A stretch of DNA of 41,892 nt from an uncultured Verrucomicrobiales bacterium (GTDB lineage: Bacteria > Verrucomicrobiota > Verrucomicrobiia > Verrucomicrobiales > DEV007): assembly GCA_938091905.1 (NCBI GenBank), contig CALKOM010000083.1, forward strand, positions 1 to 41,892. The letters run 5' to 3'. Every line of letters starts with the position of its first letter. Positions within the stretch are counted from its first letter, which is position 1. Shown here piece after piece: positions 8,358 through 16,654 of this stretch. A program made the position numbers and the translations under genes. The notes below the pieces were generated by a model. It was not told the origin of the DNA, did not search any database, and saw only the letters and a list, made by a program, of their open reading frames with translations.

Positions 8358-10488
8358 GAGATTGTGGCAGAGCAGCACCTAACTGATCAATGAAACTGCT
8401 GAGAGTTGGTGGTGAGAACGCGTCGTCTTCTTCTCGAATGACGAGCGCTGCACGTGTGCGGAAGCGTTCCTTGCGTCGATTGAATGGACTCGCGATGTAG
8501 ACGGCTTGAACATCCAAGGGCCGCTTACGCCCATACGCGGGCGCTTTCATAATATCCATGAGAGTCATCTCAACCCATTGATGGCTTGCCTGGCCGAAGT
8601 AGATTAGAACCCCATCGCACAGTGTGAGGGTTTGGCGATGGATCTCGCCGCGGAGTTTGGCGTCGCCATCGTCTGGTGAAACTTTCACCTCGTAGCCAAG
8701 ATCAAAGAAATGATCTTCAAGAGGTTCTATGGCTTCCTGGTCTTTCGGGTCACAAATGAGATAGAGCATTTTAGCCGCACCCTCGGCGGCTTCGGGCAAG
8801 GCTTTCTCTGGCTTATGTTCCTCTTGCAAGTGCGCTAGTGTGAGTCGCTTGAGTTCTTCGATGGACCCGCGGATGAATTCCGTCTGATCCATGCCATACA
8901 CGCCTTCCTCGAGGGCGGTGAAGAAAGAGGCCTGCCGCTCGTCCTTAATGTCGAGCTTAGGTGGTGCCCAGAAGAATCGTCCACGCGGTCTATCTGACTT
9001 TGATGGTGCATTGCTCAGCGCACATTGCATTTCCACCATGGAGCGATCGCTCTCCTCAGGCACGATGCCATAGCGTTGCCCGATGAGATGCACGACGGCA
9101 TCAGATTCTTCAAGATCGCTTTCTACTTGCGCCCGGAGTTCATCAGCCAGGTGTGGCAAAGGGCGTTCTGGAAGCACTCGATAGCCTCGCTCTTGCAATT
9201 CACGCTTGATCCGGTCGCGCGCCTCTCGGAGATCACGTGTGGTCTCCGCCAAATAAACGGCCTTCTGATCTACCAGTTCTTCGTCCGGCGTGGCTGCCCG
9301 TTTTACATTGTGGCTGATTTCATAGGCCAGATCGTAGACACTGTGAAGAAAGCGTCGGCGTGATGCTTCGCCTAACGAGGCGTCAAATGACTCAAATCTC
9401 CCCTGCGGATCAACTTCAAAGAATTCGATCCGCGAACTCGCTGTCAGGAGCTGCTGGGCTTCAGGAGTGAAACTGTCCGGCTCGGGCGGAGTCTTCACGA
9501 CCTGAATGAGTCCGCGCCCGGAACTACGATTTTCCCCAAAGGCAAGGAGCTCGCGCTGACAGGCTTCCGTGTGTGAGTAGGGTGGGGAAATGACGGGAAC
9601 CAGAGTTCGTACAGACCCTAGCCGGTCGCCGAGTGTTTCATGCCAGGCATCTCGCTGGACGGCTTTGGGTTCTAGCCAGAGACGCGGCGGACGTCCTAAC
9701 AATTGACTGAGGCGAATGCTCAGGGTGTCATGCAAGCGCGTGACCCAACCCGCCTCGCCTTCAGCTAGGGGCTGGTTGTCGACACTCGCATAACTGATGA
9801 AGACATCACTATCGTCTACCGACTCGAAGTCGATTTCAGGATCTGGTGGTGGCGGAACCTGGGTTCGTCTGCTCTTGAGGCCTCCTTCAGGAGGGATAAA
9901 CGGGCCGCTTCCTTCGAAACCTACCTCCAGAATGTCCATCGGCTCGTCGCGACCCTGAAATTCATAGGACCCGTGCGAAACCCAGCGAAGAAGCGCCTCG
10001 GGATGCGCTACCCGGTCAAGGTGATCCCTCAAATAATAACGTGCGTTCTCATACACCGCACGCGTGATGAGAATTTGCCCCCCTACGGCCAAATCCATGA
10101 CGCGTGCGGCAAGATTCACAGCCATGCCCACGGCCTGTGGTGCTGCATCGCCCTCGCTGCCTTCGACTACGAGCACCTCACCCTGATGAAGCCCAGCTCG
10201 CGCGCGGACCGGTTCGGGATCCCATTCTTCATCCTCAAGAAGGGATTGGAAGCGAAGTGCTGTGGCTACCGCTTCACTTGACATGGCAAATTCGGCCAAG
10301 AACCCGTCGCCAGTATGCTTGAGAATCCGCCCAGACGACTGTCTTAGGGCCTCCCGAAAGAGTTCATCGTGACGCCTCAAGAGACCCGCGTAGTCATGTG
10401 TGCCGAGACGCCCTTGCAACTTCACGGAACCGACGATGTCCGTGAAGAGCAGCACGCTTAGACGGTGGATTTCGCCATCAGACGTCAT
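8350..10488 (-). CDS. Class III nucleotide cyclase fused to TIR + DUF4062-like + third TIR-like domain
   Basis: FTDIVGS, KHTGDG, RAGLHQGE and VNLAAR cyclase motifs (aa 8-195). DVFISYA...SPPY...CQREL TIR (aa about 228-395). VYLAETT..L...VHLIGQRYG DUF4062-like domain (about 409-555). LYLICD...CDGVLIYFG third TIR-like domain (about 574-705). Confidence 0.88.
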   Translation of the reverse strand: MTSDGEIHRLSVLLFTDIVGSVKLQGRLGTHDYAGLLRRHDELFREALRQSSGRILKHTGDGFLAEFAMSSEAVATALRFQSLLEDEEWDPEPVRARAGLHQGEVLVVEGSEGDAAPQAVGMAVNLAARVMDLAVGGQILITRAVYENARYYLRDHLDRVAHPEALLRWVSHGSYEFQGRDEPMDILEVGFEGSGPFIPPEGGLKSRRTQVPPPPDPEIDFESVDDSDVFISYASVDNQPLAEGEAGWVTRLHDTLSIRLSQLLGRPPRLWLEPKAVQRDAWHETLGDRLGSVRTLVPVISPPYSHTEACQRELLAFGENRSSGRGLIQVVKTPPEPDSFTPEAQQLLTASSRIEFFEVDPQGRFESFDASLGEASRRRFLHSVYDLAYEISHNVKRAATPDEELVDQKAVYLAETTRDLREARDRIKRELQERGYRVLPERPLPHLADELRAQVESDLEESDAVVHLIGQRYGIVPEESDRSMVEMQCALSNAPSKSDRPRGRFFWAPPKLDIKDERQASFFTALEEGVYGMDQTEFIRGSIEELKRLTLAHLQEEHKPEKALPEAAEGAAKMLYLICDPKDQEAIEPLEDHFFDLGYEVKVSPDDGDAKLRGEIHRQTLTLCDGVLIYFGQASHQWVEMTLMDIMKAPAYGRKRPLDVQAVYIASPFNRRKERFRTRAALVIREEDDAFSPPTLSSFIDQLGAALPQSHA

Positions 10489-10564
10489 ATTTGGAAGCAG
10501 CCTCTCACCGTTCTATCAAATTTCACCTTAGAGATACGAAATTTCCTGAACTGTAAAAACGAAG

Positions 10565-10598
10565 AAAGCCGCTCGGAGTGGTCCGAAGCGGCTTTTTT
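10565..10598. terminator. Intrinsic terminator downstream of rpmF (possibly bidirectional)
   Basis: AAAGCCGCT-CGGA gtgg TCCG-A-AGCGGCTTTTTT hairpin with T-rich tails on both strands. Confidence 0.8.
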
Positions 10599-10622
10599 GA
10601 AAGATTGTTTGACTAGGTAAGA

Positions 10623-10805
10623 CTAAAAGTCGTCCACGGCGATCACCTTGCGGTCCCGATAATGGCCGCAGTTAGGGCAGGCGATGTGGGAGGGTACGGC
10701 GCTATCGCACTCGGGACAGGTCTTGAGCAATGGGGCGCGCCAACGATTGGCACCGCGGCGCATCTTGCTCTTCATCTTGGACATTCTTCTCTTGGGGACA
10801 GCCAT
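10623..10805 (-). CDS. rpmF: 50S ribosomal protein bL32 (zinc-binding form)
   Basis: MAVPKRR start, CPEC...CPNCGHY, downstream of yceD. Confidence 0.97.
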   Translation of the reverse strand: MAVPKRRMSKMKSKMRRGANRWRAPLLKTCPECDSAVPSHIACPNCGHYRDRKVIAVDDF

Positions 10806-10840
10806 GGTCTTGTGTTGTTGAGTGTGTTGTTGTCGTGTAG

Positions 10841-11308
10841 CTAGTCGTTGGTCTTCAAGCCGTCAAGTGCATCCCATTCGGCCCGCCGACCAGCTTTCTC
10901 CTCATTGGCAACCTTTGTCACTGATGGGGAAAAGTCCGCCTCGGCGTCCGCTCCGGGAGCCTTGGGATAGGCAGGGAGGGCGATGAGGGTATCTTCACGT
11001 AGTTGTTCTGTCAAATCTAGTGATTCGCCTATTTCGAGCTCAATCGACTCAAGGTAGGGATTCAATGTGATTTCCTCATCAAATGGCTTCGTCGTGAGCA
11101 CGCAAACGAGCTCAAAAGTCGTCGTAAGGCTCCCTTGGAGAACGAGATAGCCATCCACGATGGAGACGAGCAAGTCATAGCGAAGCGGTGATTTGGGCTT
11201 CGCGAGCTTGTCCTTGAGGTCAAAGATACTCGAATCGAGTTCTCCCTGGAGTGCCTTTCCCTCGCCAGGGATCTCTGCCGGGTGAATAATAAGTTGTGTC
11301 GAAGCCAT
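10841..11308 (-). CDS. yceD: YceD/DUF177 family protein
   Basis: LDLTEQLREDTLIALPAYP and C-terminal WDALDGLK, in the conserved position upstream of rpmF. Confidence 0.88.
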   Translation of the reverse strand: MASTQLIIHPAEIPGEGKALQGELDSSIFDLKDKLAKPKSPLRYDLLVSIVDGYLVLQGSLTTTFELVCVLTTKPFDEEITLNPYLESIELEIGESLDLTEQLREDTLIALPAYPKAPGADAEADFSPSVTKVANEEKAGRRAEWDALDGLKTND

Positions 11309-11344
11309 CGATTCCAGCGTAGATTCGCGGCACTCTAGTTAGCG

Positions 11345-11959
11345 GTGATTTCAAGAAACGAAACTGAAAAGATCGACACCCCGATCATTGAACCTGCATT
11401 CCTTCTCCAGGCCTATGGACAGGGTCTCTTTCCTATGGGCATGGACGACGGAGAGATTGGATGGTTCTCTCCAGATCCCAGGGGAATCTTCCCTCTCGAC
11501 GCGTTCCATGTTCCCCATGGCCTGAAACGATTCCTTAAGAAATCGCCCTTCGAGATCCGATTCAATACGCGCTTTCGTGATGTCATGATAGGGTGTGCTG
11601 ATCGTGAACCGACCTGGATCGACGACACGGTCTTGGAGAGCTACTGTCGACTGCATGACCTTGGCTTCGCTCACTCCGTCGAGACCTGGGAAGGAGAGAA
11701 GCTGGTTGGTGGTCTTTATGGAGTCTCCTTGGGCGCTGCATTCTTTGGGGAATCCATGTTCTCGCGTGTTAGTAATGCTTCTAGCGCAGCACTGGTGGCT
11801 CTGGTAGATCATCTCAATCTATGTGGCTTTATGCTTCTCGATACGCAATGGACGACTCCCCATCTCAAGCGCTTTGGAGCACTGGAACTGCCGCGAGCTG
11901 CCTACTTGAGGCAGTTGGAACGTGCGGTTGAGATGAATGTCTCGTTCCGCAATAGTTAG
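11345..11959 (+). CDS. aat: Leucyl/phenylalanyl-tRNA--protein transferase
   Basis: AYGQGLFPM, WFSPDPR, AHSVETW, LVGGLYGV, FFGESMFS, DTQWTTPHL. Confidence 0.96.
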   Translation: MISRNETEKIDTPIIEPAFLLQAYGQGLFPMGMDDGEIGWFSPDPRGIFPLDAFHVPHGLKRFLKKSPFEIRFNTRFRDVMIGCADREPTWIDDTVLESYCRLHDLGFAHSVETWEGEKLVGGLYGVSLGAAFFGESMFSRVSNASSAALVALVDHLNLCGFMLLDTQWTTPHLKRFGALELPRAAYLRQLERAVEMNVSFRNS

Positions 11960-11962
11960 AGC

Positions 11963-12709
11963 TTAGAGCTTCTCGATTCCAAAGATCTCGACATCCACTC
12001 GTCTTGACGTGCAAGTGTGGATCGGGTTTCCTAATACCTCAGGCAGGCCGTTCCAAGAGATAGGAAGCGTGTCCCAAGTAGGCACGTTGACCTCCGAGAC
12101 CTGATAGCGAGCATGATGGACACGTCCGCGATACAACTGCTCCTTTTCTTTTGAATGGGCGTAAAGAAGATAGCGTTCTAACAGGAAGAAATCTAGCGAT
12201 TCAGGCCTGGCCGGATGTTCTTCAGAAACCGGGCTGTAAAGGTAGTGAGACGTTTCATGTTGGTCACGTCGGCGAACTTCGTAGTTGATTTTGTCTGTTC
12301 TTTTGACGCCCATCGATGCCCAGAAGTAGGGAAGATGAAAGAATGTTCGCGCGAGCCAATGTGCGAACCATCGGTCCGTATCGAGTGAGTAGAACCAAAC
12401 GCCTGGAACGCCTTCGGCATCGTGCACATAAGTCCTGACATTGCACTCGAGAAAGTTGGAGACATAGGGAACTGAAGGTAGAAAGCGGGGTCGAATACGC
12501 CGCATGCAGAAAGGGACGATGCCAATGTAGGCTTTGTGCTCATGGGTATCTACAAACAGTCCCGGAGGTAGCGTGGCCTGCACGGATTTTGCGTCGATCT
12601 CCCAATGGAGAAACAGTAAGTGTTCCCAGGACTGGAACATCATCGGCGAGCGTTTTGGTCGTCGCTGAAGGAGCTCCCTCTGCCTCCAGGTGGGCTTGTT
12701 AGCAGGCAT
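11963..12709 (-). CDS. YqjF/DUF2071 family protein
   Basis: MFQSWEHLLFLHW, FLECNVRTYV, GVWFYSLD, FLLERY. ATG 12709 overlaps the upstream stop (12699-12701), and the ORF-track extension to 12829 lies inside the upstream gene. Confidence 0.9.
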   Translation of the reverse strand: MPANKPTWRQRELLQRRPKRSPMMFQSWEHLLFLHWEIDAKSVQATLPPGLFVDTHEHKAYIGIVPFCMRRIRPRFLPSVPYVSNFLECNVRTYVHDAEGVPGVWFYSLDTDRWFAHWLARTFFHLPYFWASMGVKRTDKINYEVRRRDQHETSHYLYSPVSEEHPARPESLDFFLLERYLLYAHSKEKEQLYRGRVHHARYQVSEVNVPTWDTLPISWNGLPEVLGNPIHTCTSRRVDVEIFGIEKL

Positions 12710-13226
12710 ACTTCTGATAGTTTTCGGCCATGGCTTTGAGGTCTGGGTGATCTCCAGCATGTTTCGATCTGTAGGCGCTGCGTATTGTCCCATCACTAAC
12801 AATAAAGGCGCCGGGCATCTGGCGAACATCCTTCCCCATCTTTCCGGGGCGCACTCCCTGAAGAAAGAGCATAGTGCCGCGCCAGAGAACCCGAAGACCT
12901 ATCAACTGTATTAGGGAACCCTTTTTCAGTCTGAATGCAGTATAGAGATCACCGTTGGGATCGTTGAGGTGATGGACGTTGCGCCGCGGTAGCTTTCTTA
13001 GAAAAGCGGGTAGCGCGTCATCATCTTCCCTTTGCACAATCACTAGTTGCCAACCATTTTTCTCAATCCAGTCTTGTTGCTCGACCAACTGATCGAGCTG
13101 CTCGCGACGGAATATTCATCCGAGATGTCTGAGAAACATGATGAGCAAGGGCCTTTCCCGGGAGGCCTCGAGCAGAGAGGTCTCATTAGGTAGATGGAAG
13201 AGTTCCAAGGTTTCATGAAGATTCAT
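12699..13226 (-). CDS. AhpC/TSA-like (SelL-related, peroxiredoxin-like) probable selenoprotein, 175 aa with Sec at codon 37
   Basis: ATG 13226 reads MNLHETLELFHLPNETSLLEASRERPLLIMFLRHLG-TGA-IFRRE in frame with ORF 12699..13088 (DPNGDLYTAFRL, GKDVRQMPGAF, HAGDHP). The TGA sits at the redox Cys of the family motif FLRHxGCxFCRE. Confidence 0.78.
13079..13098 (-). promoter_or_regulatory. Candidate bacterial SECIS hairpin
   Basis: mRNA GCUCGAUC-AGUU-GGUCGAGC: 8-bp stem (one U-G pair), 4-nt loop with G in second position, 25 nt between the UGA and the loop. Confidence 0.6.
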
Positions 13227-13262
13227 CTTTTTAAGTTACGCGCCGAGGGTGCTGTGAGAAGC

Positions 13263-15302
13263 CTAGGGTTTGTCCTCGGCTGAGAATCCTTCGATCCCTG
13301 AGAGCATTTCTTTCATCTTGGCGAAAGCGCTCTCGGCTTCCTCTTTGGACGCGGGCTTGTTGAGCCAATCTTTGTAGGAGGCTTCCTCAACGTAGTCGCG
13401 GTTGAGCTCCTTGATGAAACTACTGGGATAACAGGGAAGGGCATCACCATAGCGTTTGCGGGTGTAGCAGTAACTCAAGCTGAGCGTCTCCTTGGCTCGA
13501 GTGATCCCTACGTAGAGCAAACGCCTTTCTTCATCACGGGTGCCTTCTTCAAGCGAGCGCTTGTGCGGTAGGATGCCTTCCTCGAGTCCGACTAGGTAAA
13601 CGTGAGGAAACTCGAGCCCCTTGGCTGCGTGAAGGGTGATCAAACACACACCTTTCTTTCCCTCGATGTCATCATCCTTGTCTCGCTCCGCCATGAGCGA
13701 GACGTCATCCAAGTACGCTTGAAGCCCTTTCGAGTTGCGTTTCTGATGCTCACGCAAACCGTAGATGAATTCTCCTAACGCTTCGGCGCGTGCCTTCTTC
13801 TCCTCTTCTTTTCGGCAGGACTTGGCGACGAACTCCGCGTAACCAATGTCTTCTATTAACCTCTCGGTGAGTCCTGAGTAGTCAGCCGTTCGAGAGATGA
13901 CGGCGTCACTGTAATAGTCGAGGAATTTTAGAAACTCCTGCACGCACGTGCGCGCTCGAGTACCGAGTTTACCTGTGAACTCAGGTCGTTTGAGAGTACT
14001 GTAGATACTCTTCTTCCATTCGACGCTTTGATCCAGGGCCATCTCCATCACGGCCTTGCTCACGCCTCTAGGAGGTGTGTTGATTGCTCGAAGAAGACTG
14101 ATGTCATCATGTGGATTGCAGAAGATGCTAAGGTAGGCAAGAACGTCCTTGATCTCGCGCCGGTCGAAGAAGCTCTGCCCTCCGATGAGACGATAGGGGA
14201 TCTTTTTCTCGCGGAGACTTTGTTCGATGATACGAGACTGCGTGTTGGTACGGAAGAGGATGGCATAGTCTTCGAACTTGGTCCGTTGCATGTGATGGCC
14301 ATCCCAAATCTCACTAGCAATCAGTTCAGCTTCTTCTTGGTCGCCTGGAATGCCAATAAGCCGAATCTTGTGGTCACCAGGGTTCTTCGTCCACAGCCGC
14401 TTGTCGCGTCGAGTAATGTTGTTCCGGATGAGATGGTTGGCCGTTTCCAGAATCGGCTGGGTGCTCCGATAGTTCTCTTCTAACTTAATCACCTTCGGCG
14501 AGGGGAAGAAGCGCTCAAATTCGAGGATGTTGGTGACTTCAGCTCCTCGCCATCCATAGATGCTTTGGTCATCGTCTCCGACCACACACACGTTGTTGTC
14601 TCCACTGACTAGGTTTTGCAACAAACGCATCTGCAATCCATTCGTGTCCTGGAACTCATCCACCATGAGGTAGCGATAGCGCGCCTGCCATTGCAGCCGG
14701 ACATCTGGGTGGTCTTCCAATAACCGCACGGCTAAGACGAGAAGGTCGTCGAAGTCCACCGCATTGAGAGACTTCAGCTCCTGGGTATAGCGCCTGTAAA
14801 CTTGTGAGATGAGGGAATCTTGATTCTCATCCACGGGAATCTCACTGTTCTTCGCCTTACTAATCAGAGAAAGCGCTAGACTGGGCTCGAGTTTCTCGTC
14901 CTTGGCCGCAGAGCGAGTGATGATGCGCTTGATCAAACCACTCTGATCCGAGCCACTGTAGATCGTGAAGTTCTTCTTGTAGCCCAGCTTCTCAATGGAG
15001 AGTCGAAGCAGGCGCACACACAAGGAGTGGAAAGTACAGATTGTGAGGTGTTTCGCGTCGTCCTTCCGGATCATTTGTCCGGCTCGCTCACGCATTTCGT
15101 TTGCGGCTTTGTTAGTAAATGTAACCGCGAGGATAGAGGATGGATCGATCTTCTGATTCACGAGAAATGCAATTCTCGTAGTGATCACTCGAGTCTTCCC
15201 TGTGCCCGCTCCAGCGAGGATCAACAGTGGCCCATTGGTTTGCTTCACAGCCTGCCCCTGAGCATCGTTTAGTTGGTTCCATGGGGCTTTCTTTAAAAAC
15301 AT
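13263..15302 (-). CDS. UvrD/Rep/PcrA superfamily 1 DNA helicase
   Basis: AGAGTGKT, TFTNKAA, VDEFQDTN, VGDDDQSIYGWRGA, LEENYRST, TLHAAKGLEF, EERRLLYVGITRA. Confidence 0.96.
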   Translation of the reverse strand: MFLKKAPWNQLNDAQGQAVKQTNGPLLILAGAGTGKTRVITTRIAFLVNQKIDPSSILAVTFTNKAANEMRERAGQMIRKDDAKHLTICTFHSLCVRLLRLSIEKLGYKKNFTIYSGSDQSGLIKRIITRSAAKDEKLEPSLALSLISKAKNSEIPVDENQDSLISQVYRRYTQELKSLNAVDFDDLLVLAVRLLEDHPDVRLQWQARYRYLMVDEFQDTNGLQMRLLQNLVSGDNNVCVVGDDDQSIYGWRGAEVTNILEFERFFPSPKVIKLEENYRSTQPILETANHLIRNNITRRDKRLWTKNPGDHKIRLIGIPGDQEEAELIASEIWDGHHMQRTKFEDYAILFRTNTQSRIIEQSLREKKIPYRLIGGQSFFDRREIKDVLAYLSIFCNPHDDISLLRAINTPPRGVSKAVMEMALDQSVEWKKSIYSTLKRPEFTGKLGTRARTCVQEFLKFLDYYSDAVISRTADYSGLTERLIEDIGYAEFVAKSCRKEEEKKARAEALGEFIYGLREHQKRNSKGLQAYLDDVSLMAERDKDDDIEGKKGVCLITLHAAKGLEFPHVYLVGLEEGILPHKRSLEEGTRDEERRLLYVGITRAKETLSLSYCYTRKRYGDALPCYPSSFIKELNRDYVEEASYKDWLNKPASKEEAESAFAKMKEMLSGIEGFSAEDKP

Positions 15303-15445
15303 ACTGAGGTCAGGAGAGGCGAGGAATGAGGTGCCTCACGTCGCGGGGATTGCAAGACGGAATCCCAGTTGTCTATTCGTTAGGCGCAGAGGTCGTTGCG
15401 AAATAGCCATTGCCAATCGGCCAGTATTTGAAAGGATGCCGCCTG

Positions 15446-16552
15446 ATGACTTTCTTTCTTGTTGCGGACGCCTCCACCTACCCCTTGCTGATTTTTTATG
15501 TGCTGGTCTCGCTGGTGTTCTCGTTCCTCTGCTCGATCGCGGAGGCCGTATTACTCTCGGTGACACGACCCTTCATCCAGCATCTCAGTAGTACTGGAGA
15601 TCCGCTCGGACCTAAGCTCGCAGCTCTCAAGGCCGATATCGATAGGCCTCTCGCTGCCATTCTGACGCTCAATACGATCGCACATACTGTGGGCGCTACC
15701 CTTGCTGGCACGCAGGCAGCAAAGGCTTTTCCGGAGCAGCCTTTGCAAATGGGCATCTTTTCTGCCGTTTTTACGTTGCTGATCTTGATCGGCTCGGAAA
15801 TTATCCCGAAAACCATTGGGGCTCTATACTGGAAGACCCTTGCTGGCCCGACGGCCACATCGGTTCAATGGCTTATCGCCCTGCTGAAGCCGTTCGTCTG
15901 GATGTCCAAGGCGATCACCAGTCGTCTGGGAACGTCCGCTCACGGGTCGTCGTTCAGTCGGGAAGAGTTTGGAGCCATGGTTGAGATCGCTTCAGAAGAA
16001 GGTCACATGGACGAGCAAGAGTCGACCATGCTGAGGAATCTTCTCCTCTTCCGAGAGATCCCTGTGAAGAGCATCATGACGCCTAGGCCGGTAATTCACA
16101 TGGTCCCAGAGACTTGCACGGTGGCAGAGTTTGTTGAGAAGCACGCCGGAGAACCGTTCTCCCGAATTCCTGTGTTTGGAGAGAATTGCGACGATGTGAA
16201 AGGTTTTGTCCTAAGAGTTCATGCGCTCCATGCTCATGCACTTGGTGAGAAAGATAAACCGGTCTCTAAGCTCATGCAGCCGATCAGTTCAGTTCGGGCG
16301 AGTACCACCGTCATGGCGCTGTTTGCCAAAATGAATGGAAAGCGAACCCACATTAGCCTCGTCATGGATGAGTTTGGGACCGTCCAGGGAATTGTGACCC
16401 TCGAAGACTTAGTGGAAACCCTCATTGGGTTCGAAATTGTTGATGAGACCGACAAGAATGTAGACATGCAGGCGGTTGCTCGGAAACTCTGGGAAGAACG
16501 GGCCGCCAGAATTGGCATTCGTCTGCCCAGCGATGAGGTATCGCTTGAGTAG
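15446..16552 (+). CDS. CNNM (DUF21) + CBS-pair protein (CorB/hemolysin-like Mg2+ transporter)
   Basis: SFLCSIAEAVLLS, ILTLNTIAHT, SEIIPKTIG, IMTPR, SRIPV, DEFGTVQGIVTLED. ATG 15446 preferred. Confidence 0.93.
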   Translation: MTFFLVADASTYPLLIFYVLVSLVFSFLCSIAEAVLLSVTRPFIQHLSSTGDPLGPKLAALKADIDRPLAAILTLNTIAHTVGATLAGTQAAKAFPEQPLQMGIFSAVFTLLILIGSEIIPKTIGALYWKTLAGPTATSVQWLIALLKPFVWMSKAITSRLGTSAHGSSFSREEFGAMVEIASEEGHMDEQESTMLRNLLLFREIPVKSIMTPRPVIHMVPETCTVAEFVEKHAGEPFSRIPVFGENCDDVKGFVLRVHALHAHALGEKDKPVSKLMQPISSVRASTTVMALFAKMNGKRTHISLVMDEFGTVQGIVTLEDLVETLIGFEIVDETDKNVDMQAVARKLWEERAARIGIRLPSDEVSLE

Positions 16553-16654
16553 AATTGCTCTCGGAGCAAAGATTCGGAAATCAGGAGAAATAGGGCACCG
16601 TGGCGGAATAATCAGTTGTGATTATTAGAATTTTCATGACTTATTCAATAAATC

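Noticed and set aside
8350..10488. Calling the locus Pycsar, Thoeris, CBASS or Avs
   Set aside because: There is no cNMP-binding effector, no ThsA-like SIR2/Macro partner and no CD-NTase, and the STAND protein has TM+WD40 with no fused effector. It shares parts with these systems but matches none.
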